Positions 1-7,864 of a stretch of DNA of 64,000 nt are shown here, in pieces. The notes beneath the pieces were generated by a model, which was not told where the DNA came from, did not search any database, and saw only the letters and a program-made list of their open reading frames with translations. Source of the DNA: Elusimicrobiota bacterium (GTDB lineage Bacteria > Elusimicrobiota > Elusimicrobia > UBA1565 > UBA9628); the NCBI GenBank assembly GCA_035533295.1, contig DATLUA010000054.1, positions 5,002 through 69,001 on the forward strand, read 5' to 3'. Position 1 is the stretch's first letter; every line of letters begins with the position of its first letter. The position numbers and the translations under genes were made by a program.

Positions 1-1194
1 ACCGATGCCGGTCGAGCGTAGATCGGTCGGGAATATCTCGGAGAAAGTCGGATAGGCCGAAATCCAAGAGCCCGTGGCGCAGAAATTGGCGACGATAAAG
101 GCCCAAGTCACGCCTGAAACGCTTCCGGTTCGCGAGGCCAAGCCCATCACTAGCATCGAAGCGGCGGCCAGAGCGTAGAAGCCCGTCACCGTGACCTTGC
201 GGCCGATGCGATCAAGAGCCCATGCAGCCAGAAGCCCCCCCACGGCGGCTCCCGCATTACCCACGATGAAGAACCACGGCACATGGTTTTCAGCGATGCC
301 CAGTTTCGGCAGCACGATCAGCGGCAAAAACGCGAAGATGCCGTAGTAGCCGGAAGCTTCCGAAAAATCGAGCGCGCAGCCCAAGGCCAGCCGGCCGGGG
401 CAGCGGCGGATGAGCTCGGTTATTTGGCCCCAAAATCCGGCGGACTGCGTGATCGCTAACGGAGCGGCGCGGGGGCCGGAGAACCAGAGCTCTCCGTCCT
501 CGATGCGCACCACCGCTTGACGCGCGTCCTCATTGAGGCCGCGCTTAGCCAGCCAGCGCGGCGATTCGGGAAGCGCTCGGCGGGCCCAAAGGGTGAAAAC
601 CGCGATGACGGCGCCGAAGCCGAAGGCCAATCGCCACCCAATGGAGGGCGGCAAAAGATTGATGAGGAGGCTCGTGATGAGCGCGGCCGCAATACCGCCC
701 ACGGGCCAGAAGTTCATGACCATGGCGTTGGCGCGGCCCCGGAAGCGCGCGGGAATGAGTTCGCTGATGGCCGAGTTGATGGCGGAGTACTCGGCGCCGA
801 CGCCGATGGCGCTGAAGAAGCGGAAGAACAGGAAGCTTAGGTACCCGGGCGCCGCTGCCGAGGCCAAAGTGAAGGCCGAATAAAGGCCCAAGGTCAGAAG
901 AAAGAGCCTGCGACGGCCGTAGCGATCGGCGAGATAACCGAAGAAAAGAGCGCCCAGCATGATGCCGACGAGCCACACGCTCACCAAAAGCGAACTTTCA
1001 AAACTGCTGATGGACCAGAGCTTCTTCAAAAGGCCCAGGACGTTGCCGATGATGTTGACTTCAAAGGAATCGAGGAGCCAAGCTATTCCTAAGGCCAAGC
1101 TCACCCGGGTGTGGAACGGACTCCACTCAAGTCGATCTAGACGTTCGCCGACGGACGGAGCCGGGCTTTGGGCTGCGGCGGAATTCGCGATCAT
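1..1194 (-). CDS. MFS transporter (sugar-porter / metabolite:H+ symporter-like); C-terminus runs off the left window edge
   Basis: Not in the ORF track (no stop inside window). Own reverse translation from ATG at 1194..1192: MIANSAAAQSPAPSVGERLDRLEWSPFHTRVSLALGIAWLLDSFEVN...GYLADRYGRRRLF...LPESPRWLAKRG. It has the MFS motif A (G-x-L-a-D-R-x-G-R-R) and the PESPRWL signature, with many hydrophobic helices. Confidence 0.8.
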   Translation of the reverse strand, partial: MIANSAAAQSPAPSVGERLDRLEWSPFHTRVSLALGIAWLLDSFEVNIIGNVLGLLKKLWSISSFESSLLVSVWLVGIMLGALFFGYLADRYGRRRLFLLTLGLYSAFTLASAAAPGYLSFLFFRFFSAIGVGAEYSAINSAISELIPARFRGRANAMVMNFWPVGGIAAALITSLLINLLPPSIGWRLAFGFGAVIAVFTLWARRALPESPRWLAKRGLNEDARQAVVRIEDGELWFSGPRAAPLAITQSAGFWGQITELIRRCPGRLALGCALDFSEASGYYGIFAFLPLIVLPKLGIAENHVPWFFIVGNAGAAVGGLLAAWALDRIGRKVTVTGFYALAAASMLVMGLASRTGSVSGVTWAFIVANFCATGSWISAYPTFSEIFPTDLRSTGIG

Positions 1195-1206
1195 TTCATT
1201 CTCCCC

Positions 1207-2304
1207 TTAGAAGTCGTAGCGCAGCACCGTATTATAGCTGCGATCAAGAAGGCTCTGCCCTCCGGTTCGCGGCAGAATCCTCCAGTAGTCGAACTCAGCG
1301 ATGAGGGACAAATTTTGAGTCAGGCTTATTACTGCGCCGGGGACGTATTCCTCCTCGCGGGCGTTTTTGCCCACGTAATTGGCCGAGCTGTAGTTGAAGC
1401 GGAGGTTGACTCGGGGGCAAATTTGCCAGCGCGTGCCGGCCAAAAGGTAGACCGCGGTATCGTAAGCTGGGCGTCCCAGTGTATTTTGCGCGGTATCGAG
1501 TTCCCCGTTCTGGCGCAGAATCTCGGCGTAAGTCACGGACGGCCCCCATGTTAGGGTCGCGTCGGCCGCGAGTTGGTTGATGTTGAAGTTTCCCGCCGTG
1601 GTGGTCGAACGGTCTAGACTGGCATTTAGAGCGGATAGTCCCAGGGCCAGCGAATCGGATTTTCCCCATTTCCAGGTCGGAACCACTCGCAGAGTCACGG
1701 TATTGCGCATCGTGGCCAGAGGGTCGCTGTTTACATCGCGCCCCGGGAGCGAGCCGTCGGTGTTGCCGTTGTTTGGGAAAAATTGCGCAGAATAGTCGAC
1801 GCTGAAGTTTCGGGCCAAAGCCTCGTTCCCCACCCATTCCGCGCCGTAGTTGGGATCGAGCTTCAAGCCGTTGAAATATTGGATGTTCCCGAAAAATGAG
1901 TCATCCCAAAGAATGCCGACCCTCCGATAGAATTTGCCGACGTGCATATCCCCCCAGGGCGTCTTGCGGTAGGCGTAGAGCTCTTGGAACCATACATTGG
2001 AGAGGTAATAGGAACGCAACCGCGTATCGCGGTAGCGGAATTGAGCGTGCAGGCCGGTCTTGCCGTCGGCCGAGGCGCCATCCAAGTTCAAGATGAAGGC
2101 GTAAAGATCGAAATTGTTGGCCGCGCCGGAAACGGCGGCCGGCGCGTAATCATAGAGGTAGACCGAACCGGAAAGGCCCAAGGAGCCATGGGACGTGGTT
2201 ACATATTGGGTCGTAGCCGTATCTCCCGGCGTATCGGCCCACAAGGACGGCAACGCGGCCAGCGTCAGGCATGCGGCCAGCGGCAAAAACTTCAATCTTT
2301 TCAT
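1207..2304 (-). CDS. Outer-membrane beta-barrel protein, porin-like
   Basis: 365-aa ORF. Signal peptide MKRLKFLPLAACLTLAALPSLWA. Alternating Y/F/N/G-rich strands and a C-terminal ...VLRYDF (terminal aromatic typical of BAM substrates). Family not recognised. Confidence 0.6.
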   Translation of the reverse strand: MKRLKFLPLAACLTLAALPSLWADTPGDTATTQYVTTSHGSLGLSGSVYLYDYAPAAVSGAANNFDLYAFILNLDGASADGKTGLHAQFRYRDTRLRSYYLSNVWFQELYAYRKTPWGDMHVGKFYRRVGILWDDSFFGNIQYFNGLKLDPNYGAEWVGNEALARNFSVDYSAQFFPNNGNTDGSLPGRDVNSDPLATMRNTVTLRVVPTWKWGKSDSLALGLSALNASLDRSTTTAGNFNINQLAADATLTWGPSVTYAEILRQNGELDTAQNTLGRPAYDTAVYLLAGTRWQICPRVNLRFNYSSANYVGKNAREEEYVPGAVISLTQNLSLIAEFDYWRILPRTGGQSLLDRSYNTVLRYDF

Positions 2305-2359
2305 CAGGAAAAACCTCTTATTGATGCGTCCTATCCCACCGCAAGTAAGTATGACAAAC

Positions 2360-2368
2360 TGTTAGAAT
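2360..2368 (+). promoter_or_regulatory. Extended -10 element TGtTAGAAT, 8 nt upstream of the ECF sigma ATG
   Basis: tg(2360-2361) t TAGAAT(2363-2368), then 8 nt gttacact, then ATG at 2377. No good -35. Confidence 0.35.
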
Positions 2369-2376
2369 GTTACACT

Positions 2377-2973
2377 ATGGCGACAATGGCGCACTTCGAT
2401 ACGGAAACGGAACTGGCTGCGCTCAAGCAGCGCCAAAACGGCGCGATGGAGAAGCTCATCCGCGAGCATACGCCCGCGCTCTTGGCGGCCGGCTTCGCCA
2501 TGGGATTCTCCCAGGCGGACGCAGAGGAGCTGGCCCAAGAAACTTTTTCCGCTTTTTTGGAGGCATTGGAGCGCTTCGAAGGCCACTCGCAGCTCAAGAC
2601 CTACCTTTTCGGCATCCTTTATAATAAGGCCGCCGATTGGCGCCGCAAAAGGCGGAAGGAAGAGAGTCTGGATGCCTCCGTTGAAGAAGAGTTTGAAAAG
2701 CGTTTCAACGCCGCCGGCATGTGGTCCGCGCCGCCCAAAGGTCCCGAGGAGTTGGCGCTGAACGCCGAAATGCAGGCTCTCATTGAGCAGTGTGCGCAGG
2801 GCCTTTCGGCCAGTCAGCGGACGGCGTTCTTCCTCAAAGAAGCCGAAGGCGAATCGGCGGAAGAGATTTGTAACGTTCTAGGCGTCTCCTACACTAATTT
2901 ACGGGTGCTTATGTATCGGGCGAGGATAAAGCTTAGGGAGTGCCTGGAAAGGAATTGGGAGAAGCGGTCATGA
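2377..2973 (+). CDS. ECF-type RNA polymerase sigma factor (sigma-70 family, group 4)
   Basis: In-frame ATG at 2377 inside track ORF 1942..2973. Region 2 (LIREHTPALLAAGFAMGFSQADAEELAQETFSAF...TYLFGILYNKAADWRRKRR) and region 4 HTH (LSASQRTAFFLKEAEGESAEEICNVLGVSYTNLRVLMYRARIKLRE). The upstream part of the ORF is antisense to the porin gene. Confidence 0.9.
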   Translation: MATMAHFDTETELAALKQRQNGAMEKLIREHTPALLAAGFAMGFSQADAEELAQETFSAFLEALERFEGHSQLKTYLFGILYNKAADWRRKRRKEESLDASVEEEFEKRFNAAGMWSAPPKGPEELALNAEMQALIEQCAQGLSASQRTAFFLKEAEGESAEEICNVLGVSYTNLRVLMYRARIKLRECLERNWEKRS

Positions 2974-3215
2974 TGGGTATGCCGTCCTGCCGGGAAGTCA
3001 CGCGCATGCTGGCCGAGGAAGAGTTCCAAAAGGCTCCCCGGCGCGCGCGCTGGATGGTGCGCCTGCATTTGGCCATGTGTCGCCACTGTAGCCGTTTCGC
3101 CCGCCAGATGGGCTTTATTTCACGGGCGCTTAAGACAGCGTTGACCCGCCATCCGACGGAATTCAACCGGCCCGACATCGCTGAGCGGATTATCGCCCGC
3201 CTCAAGCATCCGTAG
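2970..3215 (+). CDS. Anti-sigma factor, zf-HC2 type
   Basis: ATGA start/stop overlap with the sigma gene (ATG 2970, sigma TGA 2971-2973). MMGMPSCREVTRMLAEEE...RLHLAMCRHCSRF contains the H-x3-C-x2-C zinc motif of zf-HC2 anti-sigma factors. Confidence 0.75.
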   Translation: MMGMPSCREVTRMLAEEEFQKAPRRARWMVRLHLAMCRHCSRFARQMGFISRALKTALTRHPTEFNRPDIAERIIARLKHP

Positions 3216-3269
3216 CGAACGCAAGAAAAAACCAACCCTTTCAAAAAGAAGGGACCGGAGAAGTCTGTC

Positions 3270-3404
3270 AAGAAAAGCAAGCCCCCGCATCAGTGGGGCC
3301 GCAAAGTTGGTCATCCTGGAAGTTGGCGTCCGGTCCCGGATCATATCGATAAGGAAGTGGACCTAAGGCCAACCCATTGTCAAACATGCCGACATAAACT
3401 CACG
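3270..3404 (+). pseudogene. Remnant of an IS66-family transposase N-terminal / zinc-finger region
   Basis: Frame of track ORF 3357, read upstream without a start: KKSKPPHQWGRKVGHPGSWRPVPDHIDKEVDLRPTHCQTCRHKLT. From memory this resembles the IS66 pattern G-x-PGH-x-G-x-x-R-x(3-6)-P-D-x(6-10)-C-x2-C-G-x-x-L. The similarity stops after the Cys pair; the catalytic domain is absent. Confidence 0.35.
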
Positions 3405-3761
3405 CCGCAAATCCGCCTTTCGCGCGTCGTCGTAGACCACGACGGGTATTTTTTACGCGCAAGTCGCGATGAAGGCGTTGACCAGCAATTCTCCTATTTG
3501 AAAATCTCCTTCGGGACGCGCTTCGCGCATAGCGATGCCGTGAGCCATGGTCGGAGAGTATTCCATCCAATAAACTTTCAAGCGGGCGCCGGAAGCTTCT
3601 TCGCCCGACGGCGCCTCGCCGCCCTCGCTTGAGGAATGCAAGCGCGCCATCCCGCCCCAACCCTCATGGCCGTCCTATTTCCTGTCCGCTAAATGGCGCG
3701 GCCTCTGGCGCCGGGAAGGCCTTGAATACGGGTACGACATTGACGTCCTGGCCGAAAAAAT

Positions 3762-5132
3762 CTAAAGGGCGCGCGGCCTTATCCAGAGTCCGAAGCCCCA
3801 TACCGCCATGGAATAGATCAAGCCCGGGAACATGGGGTTCATTCCCAGCAGGGGGTGGCCTAAGATGTGCCCGGCGCCCACCCAGGTAAAGGAAATCACG
3901 CAAGCGCCGAGCGAGGCGGCGAAGGCGATTTTGACATCCGGGCGCAGGCGCGGGTAATAAGCGCTCAAGAGCGGCCACAAAAGCGCGGGGATGACGGCCG
4001 AGCCCAGCGCGTACCACAGCCCTACCACCGAGGGAATCCACACCGCCAGGAAGTAGCCCAGCACGGCGCTGGCAATCATGGCGATCATGGTCAATTTTTC
4101 TTTCGCCGCGTCCCCCGCCTTGGCCACGCGCCCCAGGGCATCCTTGCCCAGGCTGATGGCGGACTGCAGGATGCGTCCCTGCATCCCCGCCAGCACGGAT
4201 GAGGCCACGCCGCAGAAAAACAGCGCGCGAAAGCCCGGCGGTAAAACGTGATCGGCCAGCTTGGGATAGGCCATCAAGGGGTGGCTTAAGTGCGGCAGGG
4301 CCGCGCGCGCATAGAGCCCGGCCAAGGTGGTCATGGCGTCGATGGCCATCCAAAAGGGGATGCAGAGCAGGATGCCGCGCCGGGCGACGGCGGGGCTTCC
4401 GGCCGCGGCCGCGCGCTGGTGGAATATCGGATCGACGATGGTCCACGCCGCGATGAGCCACCAGCCCAGAATCTGCCAGAGGGAAAGCCCGCCGGCCAGG
4501 CTTAGGTAGCCCGGCGGCAAAAGCGTCGCCAAATGCGCGGGGCCGCCCACGCGCGCAGCGGCGAAAGGGAAAATTGCGGCAAATCCCAGCAGCACCAGCA
4601 GGAACTGGAGCGCGTTGGCCCACACGTCCGAGCGCAGCCCCCCTTTGAGCATGAAAAACAGGGACACTACGGCGCCCAGGGCCATGGCGGGCTTTAAAGG
4701 CATGCCGAAAAAATAGGACAGCAAAGTGCCGATCATCACGAACTCATCAGCGGGAGAGGAGAGCAGAAAAACCAGCAGCGCCGCGAAAATCGCGAACTTG
4801 ACGCCGTAGGCGCTTTCGATATGATCCGCGATGGTCAAGCCGGGCTTGGCGCGGATGCGCCCGGCCAAAAACAGGGCGTAGAACGCGGCGAAGACGTAGT
4901 AGGGCAGCGCCATCACCAGCCAGTTGGACAGGCCGTGGGTCCAGGTGAACTCGCCGATGCCCAGCACTCCGCCGTAGAATGAGGGCACCAGCGTGGCCAC
5001 GAAAAACGGCAGCGTCAGCGTGCGCCCGGCCAGCACGTAATCGCCCACGCCGCTGCGCCGCCGCCGCGCGCCGGCCCATTCCAGGCCGGCCACGAGGGCC
5101 AGATAAAAAACGAAGATGACGATGTCGATCAA
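3762..5132 (-). CDS. Sodium:solute symporter family (SSF) transporter
   Basis: 456-aa polytopic ORF with a TTG start. N-terminus ...GDYVLAGRTLTLPFFVATLVPSFYGGVLGIGEFTW is typical of SSF/SLC5-type permeases. Confidence 0.85.
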   Translation of the reverse strand: MIDIVIFVFYLALVAGLEWAGARRRRSGVGDYVLAGRTLTLPFFVATLVPSFYGGVLGIGEFTWTHGLSNWLVMALPYYVFAAFYALFLAGRIRAKPGLTIADHIESAYGVKFAIFAALLVFLLSSPADEFVMIGTLLSYFFGMPLKPAMALGAVVSLFFMLKGGLRSDVWANALQFLLVLLGFAAIFPFAAARVGGPAHLATLLPPGYLSLAGGLSLWQILGWWLIAAWTIVDPIFHQRAAAAGSPAVARRGILLCIPFWMAIDAMTTLAGLYARAALPHLSHPLMAYPKLADHVLPPGFRALFFCGVASSVLAGMQGRILQSAISLGKDALGRVAKAGDAAKEKLTMIAMIASAVLGYFLAVWIPSVVGLWYALGSAVIPALLWPLLSAYYPRLRPDVKIAFAASLGACVISFTWVGAGHILGHPLLGMNPMFPGLIYSMAVWGFGLWIRPRAL

Positions 5133-5221
5133 GCCGGTTATTTTAGCAATCGAAAAGCTTTTAGCCTACCTGCTCCTGCTCCTGGGGCCGGGGCGCGCGG
5201 AATTTTTTATAGGATCTGCGG

Positions 5222-5911
5222 ATGAAGGTGCTCATCTCCGGCGCCGGCATCGCCGGACCGACGCTGGCCTATTGGCTTTCGCGCCGCGGCTTTGAGCCGA
5301 CGCTTGTCGAGCGCGCCCCGGCGCTGCGCATGGGCCGGCTACGTCATCGATTTCTGGGGCGCGGGCTTCGACGTGGCGGAGCGCATGGGGCTCGTGCCCG
5401 AGTTGAGGCGCCTGGGCTACGCCGCCAAGGAGGTGCGCATCGTCGGCCAGGACGGTCGGAGAGCCAGCGGATTTCCAGTATCCTCCTTCGACAGGCTGAC
5501 CCGCCACCGCTACGTGAGCCCTCCGCGCGGCTGGACAAAAGCCCCGAGCTTTACTTCGACCGGGTCAGCCAGATTCAAATGCCGGAGTGGTCCCGCGGAC
5601 GCGTGGCCTTGGCCGGACAAGGCTCGGCCTTGGCGATGATCTCCGCCTACGCCCTCGCGGGAGAACTCGCGCGCGCCAGGGGCGATTACCGATGGGCGTT
5701 TTCACGCTATCAGGGGCTGCTCTCGCCGTTCATGGCGGACGAACAGAAAGCGGCGATAGGCTTCGCGGGCGTTTTCGCGCCGAAGTCGGCCGTGCGCTTG
5801 TTCTTGCGCGATCAGATCGCCAAAGCCCCGGCGCTTCCGTTCGTTGCCCGCCTGGTTTTTGGGCGCGGGCTTTTGGACGCCATCTCCCTGCCGGAGCACT
5901 CGGAATTCTGA
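5222..5911 (+). pseudogene. FAD-dependent monooxygenase/oxidoreductase, frameshifted and internally deleted
   Basis: N-terminus MKVLISGAGIAGPTLAYWLSRRGFEPTLVERAPALR (GxGxxG Rossmann). The expected continuation GGYVIDFWGAGFDVAERMGLVPEL... is in another frame (track ORF 5292). The C-terminal ELYFDRVSQIQMPEWSRGRVALAG-QGSALAMISAYALAGELA is back in the first frame. About 170 central residues and the GDAA motif are missing. Confidence 0.7.
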
Positions 5912-7533
5912 TGCCCGCCGAGCGGCGCAGGCAAGTTCTTATTTCCCTCGGCCTTGGCGCCGCGACGTTCGCGGCCTTCTGGCCCGTCCTGCACGCGGGC
6001 TTCGTCAATTGGGACGACGCCGCCAACCTGCTGGCCAACTGGCATTACCGCGGCCTGGGCTTGGCCCAGATCCGATGGATGCTGGCCACGTCCTTCGGCG
6101 GCTGCTACCAGCCGCTTTCCTGGCTGAGCTATTCCTTGGACTACGCGCTGTGGGGGCTCAACCCCTTCGGCTATCATCTCACCAACCTCATCTTGCACGC
6201 GGCCAACACCGTTCTGTTTTACTTCGCCGCCCGCATCCTCTTTCGCTGGGGAGCCGGCGAAGCGGACGAGGCCCGCACCTCCGCCGCCGCGGCATTCTCC
6301 GCGCTTTTTTTCGCGCTTCACCCTTTACGCGTGGAGTCGGTGGCCTGGGTGACCGAGCGGCGCGACGTTCTCTCGGGCGTATTTTATCTTGCCGCGCTGC
6401 TGTTTTATCTGCGGCGGCAATTAAAGGCGTCTCTCGCGTGCTTCCTGCTGGCGCTTTGCGCCAAGGCCAGCGGCGTCATGCTGCCCGCCGTATTTCTAAT
6501 TCTGGACGTTTACCCGCTGCGCCGGCTTCCCGAAAATATCCGCGGCTGGTTTTCGCCGCGGTGCCGGCCGGTTTTGCTGGAAAAAATTCCGTTCCTCATC
6601 CTGTCCGCGGTTTTCGGCGCGCTCGCGCTGGCCGGACAGCGCGGCGCCGGGGCGCTCTTGCCTTTGGCGCGGGAAAGCTTCGTGCCGCGAATTGGGCAAG
6701 TTTTTTTCGGCTTGGCGTTTTATCCCCTGAAGACGCTCTTTCCGGCGCACCTCTCCCCCCTTTATGAACTGCCGCCGGGCTTTCATCTTCCCTTCGGGGA
6801 GGTTTTGGCCGGCGTCGCGGCCGTGCTGGCGCTTTCCGCTCTGTTCATCGGGCTGAGGAAAAAATGGCCGGCGGGCTTGGCGGCGTGGGCGTGCTACATC
6901 GTCTTGATCGCGCCGCTCTCGGGAATTTTCCCCGTCGGCCGTCAGTTCGCCGCCGACCGCTACAGCTATCTGTCCTGCATGGCTTGGGCGGCGCTGGCCG
7001 GCGCCGCGGTTTTGGCCGGCTTGAACCGCCTGAGCCGGAGCGGCCGAAAAATTTTGGTGGCGGCGCTGAGCGTCCTTATTCTCGGCCTGGGGCGGCTGAC
7101 TTGGAGCCAAGCCGAAATTTGGCGCGACTCGCAGACGCTTTGGAGCCGGGCCGTCGCCGTGGATCCCGGCTCGGATGTCGCCCGCAACAATCTGGGCTTG
7201 GCCTTGGCCGCGCAAGGCAATGCCGCGCAGGCTTCCATCGAGTATACGGCGGCGCTGGCGATAAGCCCCGACTACGCCAGGGCTCGCAATAATTTGGGCG
7301 ATGCGTTGGCGTCGTTGGGCCAGACCGCGCGGGCCGTCGCCGAGTACCGCAGGGCCCTGGCGATTCAGCCCGATTTCGCCGCGGCACGGGTGAATCTGGG
7401 CAATATCCTCGCGAAGCAGGGAAAAATCGCGCGGGCCGAGGCGCTCTATGAGCAGGCGCTGGCCATTGATCCTGGTTTGGCCGCGGCCCGTCAAAACCTG
7501 CTTTATCTACGGCGCCGGACGCTCGGAAAATAA
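5911..7533 (+). CDS. TMTC/DUF1736-like polytopic membrane glycosyltransferase (GT-C fold) with C-terminal TPR repeats
   Basis: ATG at 5911 overlaps the TGA of the upstream pseudogene. FWPVLHAGFVNWDDAANLL...YQPLSWLSYSLDYALWGLNPFGYHLTNLILHAANT, about 10 TM helices, then 4+ TPRs (ARNNLGLALAAQGNAAQASIEYTAALAISPDYARARNNLG...). The track N-terminal extension (5587-5910) lies in the pseudogene. Confidence 0.75.
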   Translation: MPAERRRQVLISLGLGAATFAAFWPVLHAGFVNWDDAANLLANWHYRGLGLAQIRWMLATSFGGCYQPLSWLSYSLDYALWGLNPFGYHLTNLILHAANTVLFYFAARILFRWGAGEADEARTSAAAAFSALFFALHPLRVESVAWVTERRDVLSGVFYLAALLFYLRRQLKASLACFLLALCAKASGVMLPAVFLILDVYPLRRLPENIRGWFSPRCRPVLLEKIPFLILSAVFGALALAGQRGAGALLPLARESFVPRIGQVFFGLAFYPLKTLFPAHLSPLYELPPGFHLPFGEVLAGVAAVLALSALFIGLRKKWPAGLAAWACYIVLIAPLSGIFPVGRQFAADRYSYLSCMAWAALAGAAVLAGLNRLSRSGRKILVAALSVLILGLGRLTWSQAEIWRDSQTLWSRAVAVDPGSDVARNNLGLALAAQGNAAQASIEYTAALAISPDYARARNNLGDALASLGQTARAVAEYRRALAIQPDFAAARVNLGNILAKQGKIARAEALYEQALAIDPGLAAARQNLLYLRRRTLGK

Positions 7534-7557
7534 GCCGTGTTGGCCCCGCCCGTCGGT

Positions 7558-7586
7558 TTGACAGGCTTTCCCGCAGTTCGTATAAT
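7558..7586 (+). promoter_or_regulatory. Consensus sigma70 promoter TTGACA-17 nt-TATAAT for rpsO-pnp
   Basis: TTGACA 7558-7563, exact 17-nt spacer, TATAAT 7581-7586. The rpsO ATG at 7596 is 9 nt after the -10. Confidence 0.65.
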
Positions 7587-7595
7587 TTGGGCAAT

Positions 7596-7862
7596 ATGAT
7601 AACAAAAGAAAATAAAAGCGGAATCGTAAAGAAGTACGCGGTCAACGCGAAGGACGTGGGAAGCTCCCAGGTCCAAATTGCGCTGTTGACCGAACGCATC
7701 AAAAGCCTCTCCGGACACCTTAAAGGAAACAAGAAGGATTACTCCTCCCAGCGCGGCCTGCTCAAGCTCGTCGGACAGCGCCGCCGCCTGCTGGGCTACG
7801 TTAAACGCTCGGATTTCGCCGGCTACAACCGCCTGATCCAGCAGCTGGATCTAAGGAAATAG
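7596..7862 (+). CDS. rpsO: 30S ribosomal protein S15
   Basis: [71 protein letters not shown], a classic S15. The track start (TTG 7587) abuts the -10 box, so ATG 7596 is preferred. Confidence 0.95.
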   Translation: MITKENKSGIVKKYAVNAKDVGSSQVQIALLTERIKSLSGHLKGNKKDYSSQRGLLKLVGQRRRLLGYVKRSDFAGYNRLIQQLDLRK

Positions 7863-7864
7863 CC

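Noticed and set aside
3453-3650. 65-aa minus-strand ORF (…LKVYWMEYSPTMAHGIAMREARPEGDFQIGELLVN…), vaguely reminiscent of an ABM-type monooxygenase C-terminus
   Set aside because: It is too short, third-position GC is only moderate, and there is no start context. It sits in a region that looks degraded, so it may be another gene fragment but is not supportable.
5587-5910. N-terminal 108-aa extension of the TMTC-like ORF (track 5587..7533)
   Set aside because: The extension lies within the FAD-monooxygenase pseudogene in another frame and is Arg/Gly-rich. ATG 5911 precedes the first TM helix and overlaps the upstream stop.
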